Origin: Prorocentrum cordatum
Taxonomy: Eukaryota
Length of the DNA: 64,000 nt
Assembly (NCBI GenBank): GCA_963575745.1
Contig: CAUYUJ010000115.1
Coordinates: forward strand, 1-64,000
Reading direction: 5' to 3'
In this document: piece after piece, positions 37,900 through 49,994 of the stretch
Position numbering within the stretch: position 1 is the first letter of the stretch
How the letters are laid out: every line of letters begins with the position of its first letter
Notes under the pieces: model-generated
Database searches by the model: none
Seen by the model: the letters and a program-made list of their open reading frames with translations, nothing else
Told to the model about the DNA's origin: nothing
Made by a program: the position numbers and the translations under genes

Positions 37900-39030
37900 G
37901 TCGCCGTGGACCGGCTCCCTCTGGCGGCCACTGGCGCGGCCCGGGGGCTCCGGCGCGTTTCCAAGATGGCTTCAGAGCGCTCCGAGCCGCCCCTGGAGGC
38001 CCCCCCAAGAGGGCCCGAAGACGGCCGAAGACGGTCCAAGAAGGCTTCCGAGACGTTCCGAGCGCTCGGAGACGCCCAAGATGGCCGCTCGACGGCCCAA
38101 GAGGCTTCCAAAATGCTCCAAGTGGGCTCCAGAGAGAGCCCCAGGAGAGCCCGAACAAGGACAAATCGCCCCAATCCTGAGGGGAAACGTACATTTCGGG
38201 AGTTCCCGTGCTTTTCGTCAACGAAGCGTCCAAGACGGCCGCACAGGCCCTCAAGATAGATCGCCACAAGACGCCTCAGGAGGCTGCCAGGAGGGCCCCA
38301 AGACGGCTCAACACTGCGCCAGGACGGCTCCTCAGACGCAAATGGCGGCCAAGAGGGGGCCAGGACAGGTTGGGAGCGCTCCCGAGGGGCCTCAGTGGCC
38401 CCGGCGCGCGCTTCCAAGATGGCTTCAGAGCGCTCCGAGCCGCCCCCGGAGGCCCCCAAGAGGGCCCGAAGACTACCGAAAACGATCCAAGAGGGCCTCC
38501 GAGACGGGCCCCGAGCACTCGAAGACTCAAGTGGCCCCCAAGACAGCCCCACGGAGGCCCCAGGAGCTGCCCAACAGGCACCAGAGCAAGCTCCAATACG
38601 GCCCGCGACCCCCTGCATGGCCCCAGGACGGCCCAAGAGGCCCCCGAGATGGCCCAAGAATGCCCCGAAATGCCAAGATGCCCCCCCCAGAGGCTCCGGG
38701 GAGACCCCCACGAGGGCTCGAAGGGGGGCCGAAGGGAGTCCAGACGACGCCCTTCCCGCAGCCCCACTTTGCCAAGAACCCTCCAAGGACCACTCCCACA
38801 TGCCCCAGAGCTCCCAGGAGAAACTGATGGTTCTCACGGCGCTCCCAAGACGAGTGCCTCGAGCCACGGCACCTTTTCGCCGTCTCTCGAACCCCAAACG
38901 CCCCCACGCAAGCCCCATACCCCCAAGGCAGGCCCCAGACCACTCCGAGGTGCCCCAGAGCCTCCCAAGAGACTCCGATAGTCCCCACAGGGCTCCTAAG
39001 GGCGGTCCCAGGGGGCGCTCCGAGATGCCC
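37900..39030. repeat. Low-complexity cccaaga-rich dispersed repeat (also ~35900-36110 reversed, 54745-54930, 55400-55900 reversed)
   Basis: Recurrent ggcccccaagag / gatggcttcagagcgctccgagccgccc motifs. Confidence 0.7.
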
Positions 39031-39525
39031 TAGAGTCGCCCACACGACTCCGACGCTTGCCAAGAGATCCTCGTCCCTCATCCCTCCTTCTCCACTACGG
39101 AGTGCGCGCGCGCGCGAAGCCCCTCGGCCAACCAAGAACCTTCTCCACTTGTGTTCCGCCTCCCTCTCTCTCGCCTCTCGCCCCCCCTCTACCTGTCGTC
39201 CTCCCATTCCTCCCTCCTCGACCTACCTTTCCTCCTTCTCCCCCTCCGCTCCTTTTCTCTTCGCTTACTTCCCCTGATCCTCCTGCTCCTTCGTATATTC
39301 AAACTTCCCCGCCTCAGCAGACACCCCCTTCTCATCCTCCTGCCCATCCTCGTTGTCCACCTCCTGTTTTCCTTTCCTCGTCGCTCAACCTCATCCCCCT
39401 TTGGCTCCTCACCATGATCCTTTCGCGTCCGCATGACCATCCTTCCCTTCCTTTGGCTTTCCTCCCCCCTTTCTGGCGCCATCTTTTCCCCCCCTCCGCG
39501 CGTCCTCCCCGCTCCGCCCTCATGC

Positions 39526-39544
39526 GCAGCCGATTTGGCTCAAG
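39526..39544 (+). promoter_or_regulatory. Relict DinoSL / trans-splice acceptor of P1 copy 2
   Basis: gcagccgatttggctcaag. Confidence 0.75.
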
Positions 39545-39603
39545 CCGGTCGAGGCTCACGGTCGAGGCCCCGGTGCGCGGTAAGAAGCGCACCGCGATCC
39601 GCC

Positions 39604-39960
39604 ATGGCGGAGGTGGCGGCGGACGAGGTGCCCCAGGCCGAGAAGGACGAGCTGTTCTGCGCGTACGCGGCGATGATCCTCAAGGACTCCGAGCTGGAGG
39701 TCTCGGAGGAGAACCTCACGACCCTCATCAAGGCCGCCGGTGGCTCCATCGAGTCCTTCTTCCCCGCTCTGTTCGCCAAGATGTGTGCAGGCAAGGACTT
39801 GGATGACTTCCTGAAGTTCGGCGGCGGCGGGGGGGCTCCGGCTGCCGGCGGAGGCGGCGGCGGCGGAGGTGGCGATGCGCCCGCGGCCGACAAGAAGGAG
39901 GAGAAGAAGGTCGAGGAGGAGGAAGAGGAGGAGGACGTGGACTTCGACCTCTTCGGCTGA
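39604..39960 (+). CDS. RPLP1: 60S acidic ribosomal protein P1, copy 2 (118 aa)
   Basis: Same protein with E>D changes, one fewer hinge Gly and DAPAAD. Confidence 0.95.
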   Translation: MAEVAADEVPQAEKDELFCAYAAMILKDSELEVSEENLTTLIKAAGGSIESFFPALFAKMCAGKDLDDFLKFGGGGGAPAAGGGGGGGGGDAPAADKKEEKKVEEEEEEEDVDFDLFG

Positions 39961-40469
39961 GGGCGCGTCGCTTGCCCGAGGGGTTCCTGGGTCTAAAATC
40001 TCGCGCGAGCCCTCCTCTCCTCTCTCTGCCATCTCCCTTGCCTCTGCCGTCTCTTCCTTCGCTCTCTGCCATCACCTCAGAGGTCTAGGAGGTGGGACTT
40101 CTCAGAAGCCCTCGCGCCTGCAGAGAAGCTGCCTGTGTCTTTGGAGAAGGCCCAGAAAACTTCTCAGAAGGGGGGGGGGCCGATCCCTCTGAGGAGGCCC
40201 GCCCTTTCTCACCTCCCCCCCCCGGCTCGCCGCCGACTCACGGGGGGGGGCTCCCCCTCCCCCGTCCTGTCGCCGCTCCACGCCTGCGGCGTGCGTCGAT
40301 CAGGCAGCGTAGATTGGATCGGACGACGAGGAGGAGGAGGAGGAGGAGGAGGAGGAGGAGGAGGAGGAGGAGGAGGAGGAGGAGGAGGAGGAGGAGGAGG
40401 AGGAGGAGGAGGAGGAGGAGGAGGAGGAGGAGAGAGTAGGAGGAGAGAGGAGGAGGAGGAGGAGGAGGA

Positions 40470-41357
40470 GAGGCAGGAGCTCCCTGCCTGCCCCCCCCCC
40501 ACACCGCGGGGAGCCTCCGCGCTGCTCCTCCCGTGCTGCCCTCTGGCCACGGTTGGCTGGGGCGCAGGCGACCGCCCGCGGGGTGCCGCCCTCGGAGGCC
40601 CGTGCGCGGAGCCCCCCTGGGGACGGCGGCGGGCCCTCCACGGAGGCGCCTCCGGCACCGCTCCTGCTCGTGCCGCGCCCCGGGGAGGAGGAGGAGGAGG
40701 AGGAGGAGGAGGAGGAGGAGGAGGAGGAGGAGGAGGAGGAGGAGGAGGAGAGGAGGAGAGGAGGAGGAGGAGGAGGAGGAGGAGGAGGAGGAGGAGGAGA
40801 GGAGGAGGAGGGAGGAGGGAGGAGGGAGGAGGGAGGAGGGAGGAGGAGGAGGAGGAGAGGCAGGCGCTCCCTGCCTGCCCCCCCCCCCACACCGCGGGGA
40901 GCCTCCGCGCTGCTCCTCCCGTGCTGCCCTCTGGCCACGGTTGGCTGGGGCGCAGGCGACCGCCCGCGGGGTGCCGCCCTCGGAGGCCCGTGCGCGGAGC
41001 CCCCCTGGGGACGGCGGCGGGCCCTCCACGGAGGCGCCTCCGGCACCGCTCCTGCTCGTGCCGCGCGCCCGGGGAGGAGGAGGAGGAGGAGGAGGAGGAG
41101 GAGGAGGAGGAGGAGGAGGAGGAGGAGGAGGAGGAGGAGGAGGCGGAGCTCCCTGCCTGCCCCCCCCCCCCACACCGCGGGGAGCCTCCGCGCTGCTCCT
41201 CCCGTGCTGCCCTCTGGCCACGGTTGGCTGGGGCGCAGGCGACCGCCCGCGGGGTGCCGCCCTCGGAGGCCCGTGCGCGGAGCCCCCCTGGGGACGGCGG
41301 CGGGCCCTCCACGGAGGCGCCTCCGGCACCGCTCCTGCTCGTGCCGCGCGCCCGGGG
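40470..41357. repeat. Three near-identical ~210 bp GC-rich units separated by (GAG)n
   Basis: ctccctgcctgccccc...cctgctcgtgccgcg at ~40480, ~40867 and ~41148. Confidence 0.9.
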
Positions 41358-42401
41358 AGGAGGAGGAGGAGGAGGAGGAGGAGGAGGAGGAGGAGGAGGA
41401 GGAGGAGGAGGAGGAGGAGGAGGAGGAGAGGAGGAGGAGGAGGAGGAGGAGGGAGGAGGGAGGAGGGAGGAGGGAGGAGGGAGGAGGGGAGGAGGGAGGA
41501 GGGAGGAGGGAGAGGAGGGAGGAGGGAGGGAGGAGGGAGGAGGAAGGAGGAGGAGGAGGAGGAGGAGGAGGAGGAGGAGGAGGGAGGAGGATCTCAAGCG
41601 AAACGACCGTCCGGGAATTGCCACCTGGGGCTCCGGCGTCGCCCCAAGAATGCGCACCGGGGCCCGAAATCGACGGCCTTCGCGAGCCCTCTCCTCGTCC
41701 CCTCCAGCGCTGGCGGTCTGTCCTCGAGAGCCGTCGCAGCCAGGGAGCGTCCGGACCCTCCAGGGGTCGTGGCCCCTTGCTAAAATCAAGTCGGGTCCGA
41801 CGCTTCCGCCGCCAGCTCAGGAGCAGCAGATGGATGGCAGCACACCAATCCAATCAAATTCATCCTGACTCCCTCCGCCCTGCCCCGTCCGTTCCTCCCT
41901 CCCTCACTTCTGACAATTCCCTCCTGCCTCTCTTCTGCCTCGTTAGCCCCACATGCTTCCTGCCTTCTTGCAACCTCTTGGATCCCCTCTTCCTCCGTCT
42001 CGTCCTCTCTCCTCCTGGAGGCAGTTTCCTCAGTGGAAATGAGCCGTTTTAGGGGCATATGCAGAGGGAGCTTGCAGGGATGGTTAATTCCAACATCGTT
42101 GAGACTCTTGGGTTTACACTGGTCCTCCTCCTCCTCATCCTCCCTCCTCCCTCGACCACCAACTCCCATCCTTCTCTCTCCTTCCTCCCTCCTCACTCGT
42201 CGAGTATTCATGATCCCAACTCCCTCCTCCCTTCTCCTTCCTCGTGTGCCCCTCCTCCTTTGTCCCTCGTCCCGCCCCTCCCCTCTCTCTCTATATATAT
42301 ACTTCGTTATCGTTTTTGTGTCTCTCCCTCTCTCTCTCTCTCTTTTGTTGTTCTCTCTCTCTCTCTCTCCCTCTATCTCTTTTTTGTTGTCTCTCTCGTT
42401 C

Positions 42402-42435
<34 letters not shown>

Positions 42436-42797
42436 CTCCCTCCTCCTTCTTGCCTCCTTGGTCCTCCGCCGTGGCAGGTCCTCTACCTGCACCTTGCCTT
42501 CTTGTCCTTTTCCTTTCCTTTTTATCCTTTTCCGTCTCCTGATCCTCATTATCATTTCCCCGCCTCCTCAGCAGATACGCGCTCCTAATCCTTCTCCTAA
42601 TCCTGGTTGTCCATCTCGTTTTCCCTGTCCTCGTCCTGTTCCTCCTCTCCCGCCCCCTCCTGACCATCATCCTCATCCTGCATCCTCGTCATCCTCATTG
42701 CCTGCCCTCACCATTCCCCTCATCATTCCCCTCCGCGCGTCCTCCCCGCTCCGCCCTCCTCTCCTTCCGCATCCTCCCCCTTCTGACCTCCGCACGC

Positions 42798-42816
42798 GCA
42801 GCCGTTGTGGCTCAAG
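42798..42816 (+). promoter_or_regulatory. Relict DinoSL / trans-splice acceptor of P1 copy 3
   Basis: gcagccgttgtggctcaag. Confidence 0.75.
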
Positions 42817-42883
42817 CCGGTCGAGGCTCACGGTCTCAGAGGAGAGGCCCTCGCAGGAGGTAAGAAGCGCTTCGCGGTCCGCC

Positions 42884-43243
42884 ATGGCGGAGGTGGCGGC
42901 GGACGAGGTGCCCCAGGCCGAGAAGGACGAGCTGTTCTGCGCGTACGCGGCGATGATCCTCAAGGACTCCGAGCTGGAGGTCTCGGAGGAGAACCTCACG
43001 ACCCTCATCAAGGCCGCCGGCGGCTCCATCGAGTCCTTCTTCCCCGCTCTGTTCGCCAAGATGTGTGCGGGCAAGGACCTGGAAGACTTCCTGAAGTTTG
43101 GCGGCGGCGGGGGGGCTCCGGCTGCCGGAGGAGGCGGAGGTGGCGGCGGAGGTGGCGATGGACCGGCGGCCGAGAAGAAGGAGGAGAAGAAGGTCGAGGA
43201 GGAGGAAGAGGAGGAGGACGTGGACTTCGACCTCTTCGGCTGA
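42884..43243 (+). CDS. RPLP1: 60S acidic ribosomal protein P1, copy 3 (119 aa)
   Basis: Protein identical to copy 1. Confidence 0.95.
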   Translation: MAEVAADEVPQAEKDELFCAYAAMILKDSELEVSEENLTTLIKAAGGSIESFFPALFAKMCAGKDLEDFLKFGGGGGAPAAGGGGGGGGGGDGPAAEKKEEKKVEEEEEEEDVDFDLFG

Positions 43244-43859
43244 GAGCGCGCCGTGTGCCCTAGGGGTTCCTGGAGTCTAGAAGTGGGTCTAAAGATGCGC
43301 GCGCGCCTCGAGGACGAGGGTAAAACCGTTCCAGAGAGTTCCAGAACGCTCAAAGAGTTCCGGAACGCTCTGAGAAGGCCGCGGCGCCCGAGAGATCTTC
43401 CAGAGCTCCCAGATCTCAGAGATTCTCGATTTATCCTCACCCGAATTTATCCTCGTCCTGGCGTCGTCGTACTCCCCTCTCCCCGCTATCCTCCTTGGAT
43501 CTGCCTCCCCCTGGGCCAGCCTCGTGGCATAGTGGGCCCATCATTGTTTTTGTTAAGAGCCTCCTTCAAGCGAGTAGGAGGGTTTCTTGGACCGTCTCGG
43601 GCGCGAACAACTTACGAGCACTCGCTGGATCTGAATGCTTGTTATCATCTTGGACCAGCCCTGAGGGCTCCCAAGATGGCCCCGAGGTCTCTAGTAGTGC
43701 TCCAGTGCGGGACCCAGGGGGTATATTGGAGCAGATTATCGGACATCCAGGCGAGTGACACTCCACAGCTGGGGCAGGTGGGCGAAGCCGCTCCGACAAC
43801 AACTTCCCCCTTCAGGTTGGTAAGGTCGAACCGGGTACATAAAGAATGGGCACAACAAC

Positions 43860-44040
43860 CAACAGGAGAGCGGCCGTTGCCGGTGTTGGATAAGATTTGC
43901 TGACGGGTATCTTAACATTTTTTCCGTGCCCATTTCGGGCGTCCAAGTCAGGAGCGTTTCCCCTACGTCAGGCAAGCCCTCCCTGAGGATGGCCAAGGCG
44001 CTCCTGAGGATTCTGTCGCGTCTGGGAATTGAGGGGAGAA
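43860..44040 (+). pseudogene. Possible decayed LINE RT fragment
   Basis: RPLPVLDKIC*RV (domain 2-like), then LLRILSRLGIEG. Confidence 0.3.
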
Positions 44041-45859
44041 GCCATTCCGAGGAAGGGCTCAAGCATATTGTTTCTCTCCACGCAGGCGCCCCGCCCCCTG
44101 AACAGGCCCCTCCTCAAGACGGAACGCCAGGGAGGTGCACTGAAAATCTCGACCTCGCCCGCCGCCCGTCCGCCGTCCGCGTCCCTGCGCCATGAGACTG
44201 CTCCCAGGTCGCCTCTGGCCCGGCCCGACAAGGCGCGCCGTCTCGGGATCGATGGTCCTCAGGACGCGTATTAGCCCGATGTGTGTTTACCCCGTTCGCC
44301 TGTGTCGGCCATCGTGACACCATCCGCGTCGTCTTGAAGGGCTTAGGTGGACCACTTCACGTTGGCGCGAACTCACGTTCATCGGCCAGAGCAGGCCCCG
44401 CTGCTGCAGAACGCCCCAGGGAGTGGCATGCTGCCATGAGGAGGGCGCTGCTCGATTTGGTTGGCGAGGGTTGGGTGCCAGGAGCGCTGGCTGGAAGGGC
44501 CAGTCGCCCGCCTCACACACACACACACATTCACATCCACATATTCCACACACACACACCACAAACACCACAAACACAAACACACACACAATCACACACA
44601 GAAACACACACGCAAACACACGCATACACGCACACACTTGTTGGTGTCGCGGCCACGTGCGCCGGCGCGGCGCAGAGCAGGTCGAGCGACAGGCGAGCGC
44701 GGGCTGGCCCAGACCACGCGGCGCGCAGAGATTGGTGCACCACACGCACACAAGCACAAGCACAAGCACACACACACACGAGCACAAGCACAAGCACAAG
44801 CACAATCATACACAAACGCACACACACACGCGATTGGCATAGCGAGCTCGCGACTGCCGCGAGAGCTCCTGCCCGTCCTGCCACCATCCAAGCCTCTCGC
44901 TTTCTTCCTCCGCCTCCCTCCAGGTTTTGTGTGCTTGGGCTTGGACTGGCCAGCGTGCTCCCGCGCCGCACTTTCTTTGTAGATCGTGAGCGCCCACGTC
45001 CTTTACTGCTGCTGCTGCGCCTGCGACCTCATCCTCTTCGCGTTTCGACGGCCCCCACAAATCCTTCTCGTCCTTCTCCTCCGCGTCCACTGCCAACCTC
45101 GTTATCCTCCACGTCCTTCTCACCCACCGCAGATGTACTCGCCATGGTTTGACCACGAATGCACCCCTATTGCGGGTGCACCGTTTTCGTTGCTATGGCA
45201 GAGTACGGCACCCCCTGCACGGGCGCCTCGAGGTGAGCCTGATATGTGCCAGTGCGCTGGGATCCGCGTAGGCTGCCCTCTGCAAGTGCGGCGTTCCTCG
45301 GCGTGACGTCGTTTCCTGCCCCAGGGCTGCTGATGCTCGTGCGCCCAGTCCTCGTTCCCCACCTCCTCCCCCTTTTGCCTTCTGCTCTTTGTTGGAATCT
45401 GAGCACGGTCAAAAACCTTTCACGACGCGAGCACGTCCGGGCTTTTTCAAGCCACACCTCGGGCATCCAACGGCCGTTGGGACGTTCCGGGCAGCACTGG
45501 AACACCCTCGGCGGGGCGCAGCTGTTGGGAAGCATCCCGAGTTTGCAGAATCGTCGGGAGCCAACGAACATGTTCGAAAGAGCGCGTTCTGTCGACGCCT
45601 GGACGGGGAGGGGGGTCGAACCAGGCCTCTCCCTCCCCCTGAATTGCAAGTGAGCGGGGGGGGGGTGAACCGGCAGGCCCCCCACCCTATCTAAGAGGGG
45701 GATTTCAAACCGCCCCCCCCTCCGAATTGCAATGGGGGGATTCGAACCGGGCCCCCCCACTTCCCTCCCCAGCAGTGGCAACCGACGACGGTGAGCGCCG
45801 GCGCTGGCGCCGTTGGGCAGCGACGATTAACACGACGACGATCGAGCCTTCGTAGGATG

Positions 45860-46115
45860 CTCTTGAGATTGGGTCGGGCCCTTGTGAGATTCTATAAGAT
45901 CTGGATCGACCCTTAAGAAAACTCATTCGAGCTTCATCTAGCGCATTAGGGCTGGATCGGGTGATAGTAGGATTTATCTAGAGCTGGAGCCAACCATAGT
46001 GGGATTCACTTAGAGTTGGATCGAGCCCGATTAGCATGCCATTGAAGTTGGATCCATCTATAGTGAGATTGAATCAGAGCTGGATCGGACCTGAGTGAGA
46101 TTCACTTAGAGATGA
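45860..46115. repeat. ~30-35 bp minisatellite
   Basis: Repeated tagag(c/t)tggatc...gtgagattc. Confidence 0.65.
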
Positions 46116-47519
46116 ATCCAGCCACCCCCCACCGCCCTCCCCGGTTTGACCCCCCCCATGGAGGGAGGTGGTGCCCGGTTAGAGAAGCCGATATTTTGGG
46201 AGGGACAGGGGGGGAGGGGTTCTCCGGGCGCGCCGCCAGAGGTGCGGCCCGCCCCCCGGTTCCGGCGTGTTCAGGGTTCTCTTCGCGGCAAGCGTCCACA
46301 GCACGGGCTCCCTTCAGCGTCCAGAGACCTCTTTGGAGTCGACGCCCGGAGCCCGAAGGGGTCTGCCCCCCCCCCGGGGTGATTTGTTGTCCACGACGCG
46401 AGCCTCACCCCACGCGCGCGCTGCTCTCCGCAGCAGCTCAGAGCGTGAATTACCTACCCCGCTTTCGCTTCCAGGCAAAACCAAGTCATAAGTACCACGC
46501 GCCTCCTCGTCAAGCGGCCTGACCAGTACAGGCCGTAGTTTGGCATCGCTTGGTGTCTCTTGGAAGCGAGGGTGGTCAAAAGCGAGGTAAGTTTGTTTGC
46601 CCCCTCAGCCATTCGGGGCGCTTGTAACCCACTTATTAGCCAGGTTGGGCCATATATAACCCACCTTGGCATCCACGCGTAACCCCCCTATCCACTTGAT
46701 AACCCCCACGGTCATCCCAGCGCGCGCGCGCTGCCCTCCGCAGCAGCTCGCCCGCGGTCGGGCCATCGGCTGCCCGGGGGGCGCCGCGGCCGCGATGGGG
46801 GCGCCCGCGCAGGCCGGCGCGGCCGCGCCGCCGCCGGAGGGCGAGGCCCTCGGCCCCCGAGGCGCGGAGCGGGCGCGCAGCTGCCCTCCCAGGGTGTCCG
46901 CGGTGGTGGGCCCGTGTTCCACCACCACCACCATCAGTTGGAGGGGGGAAGGGGGTGGAGGACGAGGAAGTGGAGGACGAGGCGGAGGAGGACCTAGAGG
47001 AGGAGGAGGAGGAGGAGGAGGAGGAGGAGGAGGAGGACGAGGACGAGGACGAGGAGGAGGAGGAGGAGGAGGACCTAGAGGGAGGAGGAGGGAGGAGGAG
47101 GAGGAGGAGGAGGAGGAGGAGAAGGAGGAGAGGAGGAGGAGGAGGAGGAGGAGGAGGAGGAGGAGGAGGAGGAGGAGGAGGAGAGGAGGAGGAGGAGGAG
47201 GAGGGAGGAGAGGAGGAGGAGGAGGAGGGAGGAGGAGGAGGGAGGAGGAGGAGGAGGAGGAGGAGGGAGGAGGAGGGAGGCGGGAGGAGGAGGAGGAGGA
47301 GGAGGACCCCCTCCCCCTCCAACTTCTGGTGGTGGTGGTGGTGGAAGACAGGCCCGTCACGCGGGGGTTGCTGAGGGGATGAATTTGCTGAGCCCCTCCG
47401 CCGCTGTGTCTTTCCTCCGGTCCTCGCTCGTTCGCCTTTTTTCTCTGGCCTTCGCTCGGTCCCGGTGCTGCAGTGGGAGCCAGCGCTTTTGATTCCAAAC
47501 CACGTCCAAGCACAGTGTC

Positions 47520-47762
47520 GAGGGGATAGGTGGGCTTTGAGCAGATGCCACGGTGGCCAATTCTGACCCAACCAGGCTTATCAGTGGGTTGCAGGTGCCC
47601 CAAGTGGCTGAGCGGGGTCAGCGATCCAGGCTGAGCGGGCTCCGCCCACTTAGCGGACTTATCTGACCCCCGTAGCCACTCGGGGCACGTGTAACCCACA
47701 CATAAGCTAGGTTGGACGAGATCCAACCACCTTGAGATCCTCTCATACCTCCATCTCCCCTC
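47520..47762. repeat. Long imperfect palindrome / foldback element (arm also at ~4372-4470 + and ~46600-46700 -)
   Basis: ccaaccaggcttatcagtgggttgcaggtgccccaagtggct...ggggtcag pairs with ctgacccc...agccactcggggcacgtgtaacccacacataagctaggttgg. Confidence 0.75.
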
Positions 47763-48825
47763 ATCAAAGGCCGCGGTGATCCCAGTCGCGCCTCTCAGGC
47801 GTGTTGTTGGAGCCGTTTGGGGGTCTGAGGTGGCCCAGCACTGCTTCTGGCCAGCAGGAAGGGCGGGCAGGTTCGAGGTTCTGGGTTCGGACATGGGTTT
47901 TGCCTTTATCGGCCTTTGGGGGCCGTTTTCGGGCCCTGGAACCGGGAAGAACGGATCCGGGGTGAAAGACTGCTCCAGATGGACCCCTCCCGGCAAGGGT
48001 TCGGCAAGGAGCAGGCGAAGGACGGCACTGTGGGGGCTTTCACCACCTGCATCACAGCCCCACGCGACATGTGCGAGCAACTCCTACGGAACTCGGGACA
48101 CGCCAGCATCTTTTTCACGATGCTCGCAGTAGATCGGCTCGCGGTCAAGACCAACACGGTGGAGTGGATCGAGAGACCGGAGAGCTCTACGAACATGCAA
48201 TACTACAACCACGTCAAGGCCGCAGCAGCCCGCCTTGAATCCAAGCCCGCCCTGGTCCACCGACGCGGCAGCGACCAGTGTCTCGGCCTCTTGAAGACCG
48301 GCGACCCCAAGACATCGCCGCCATACATTTGGAGGGCCACCGTCCCCAAGTGGTGGGATGCGGACACCCTCATGAGCTTCTTGACCGACAACGGGTGGAC
48401 GGAACCCGTGGCGCAGGTCCAGCTGCGAGGTGGGACCTGGCGGATCCGGTGTTCAGCTCGCCCAGATCTCGCCACATCCTACATCTACAGCCTCGGCGAC
48501 TCAGACACCGTGCGCCTCCTACCGGCGGTCCGGGCCCTCGTTCAGCCCACGACCGTGCAGGTCCGCTCCAGGCCGGTGTTCCCGTGGCTGGAGCCCCGCC
48601 AGACCAACGCCGCGAACCCAGGCAGAGACGGCGGCGAACCCAAACAACCACCAGGCGCCGGGGCAGCAGCAGCACCCGACTCCAAGCCTGAGCGACATGG
48701 ACCAGAGCACCAGCGAGAAGCGGCCTCCTCCACGACAGGGCGTCGAGGACCCCAAACGCCGTCGCACCGCTGACGGCGGCGTGACCTTCGACTCAGCAGC
48801 AGGGCCCTTCGCCGGTCTGTGCACC

Positions 48826-49240
48826 GTGGAGGCTGGCGGGCGGGGCGCGTGCGGGTACGCCTCTCTTTGCGCGGCCTACCGCCTCCGCAAAAAGTGCCAG
48901 GAACAAATCGAGGTTGAGGCAATGCTCAAGGAAGCCCGCTCCCTCCGGGCCAAGACCGTCGCTGAACTATGCACCCATAGGCCCGTCTACGAGGAGGTCT
49001 TCGCCCCCGAACCCGACGAGCCGCAGACGTGGGAGGCCTACATCGGCGAGTGCCGCAAAACTACCACATGGATCGACGAGCTGCAGCTGTTGGCCGCAGC
49101 CGCTGTCCTGCAGCGCACGGTATGCGTCTGCTGGCGCACTGGGCCGCTCGAGCGCTGGAGCTGGCGCACCTTCCACAAAGACTTCGCGAGCACGGGCGTC
49201 CTCGTCATCTACTGGGACGGCAGCCACTACCAACCGGTGC
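48826..49240 (+). CDS. OTU-like cysteine protease domain
   Basis: GGRGACGYASL (Cys 48850-52), LRAKTVAEL, WEAYI, WIDELQLLAAAAVLQRTVCV, YWDGSHYQPV (His 49225-27). Confidence 0.8.
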
Positions 49241-49994
49241 GACCCCCCTCGGCCAACTACTCCTGGCCGGAGTCGCTCTTGTCCGACAACGGGTCCGTCT
49301 TCCCACGCAGGGGGCGGGGCGGCGCCGCACCCTCCGACGCCTTGCCGGCAGCCCCTGACGAGGCCGCCTCCTCGGCCCCGACCTGGATGGACCCACCGTC
49401 CCGCTCTGGCGACTCACGCCTCCACGGCGAGGCTACGGCCCCGTCCCTGCAGAGTTGGATGGGCCCTGGCACGCCCCACGACCCGAACATCGCCGCAGGC
49501 AAAAGGTGGAAGCAACACCACCGCGACGACGCCGCGCTGTCGCCTCCCTTCTGGATGGACAGCGTCACGGGCAGACCGCCGCCCACGACTACCACCGCTC
49601 CAAGGGCAGGGCCCTCCCCGGCCCCGGCCCCATCCGACAGTCGGGCACCCGTGCCTGGCAGTGAGGCAGCAACTGCGTCGACGGCGCGCCTCCGCCTCCG
49701 ACGCAAAACACCGACGACCGGCACCCGCGCCTCCGCCGCCGCCCCCACCGCCGAAGCCACCCTGGAACGCACGAAGGGCGCCCTGGACTTCGAGAATGCC
49801 GTGTACCACTGGACAGAGCAGTTGCTTACTAAACGCGCATGCCGTCTCCCACCGACGCCGGCACAATACAACAAGCTAAAGTTGCCGCTCTTGCTTGGCT
49901 CGACTCCCACCCCGGAGAAGAGGTGGCGCCAGCGGCCAAAGCCTTCTACGACACCATACGAGACGTACGATATCGGTACGCTCGCCCTGGCGAC

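Noticed and set aside
39433..39603. N-terminal extensions on P1 copies 2 and 3 (ORFs from 39433 and 42059)
   Set aside because: They lie upstream of the relict-SL acceptor in pyrimidine-rich flank; the conserved ATG is at 39604 and 42884
40135..42052. Six overlapping 360-580 aa ORFs
   Set aside because: Stop-poor GC-rich repeat and GAG tracts
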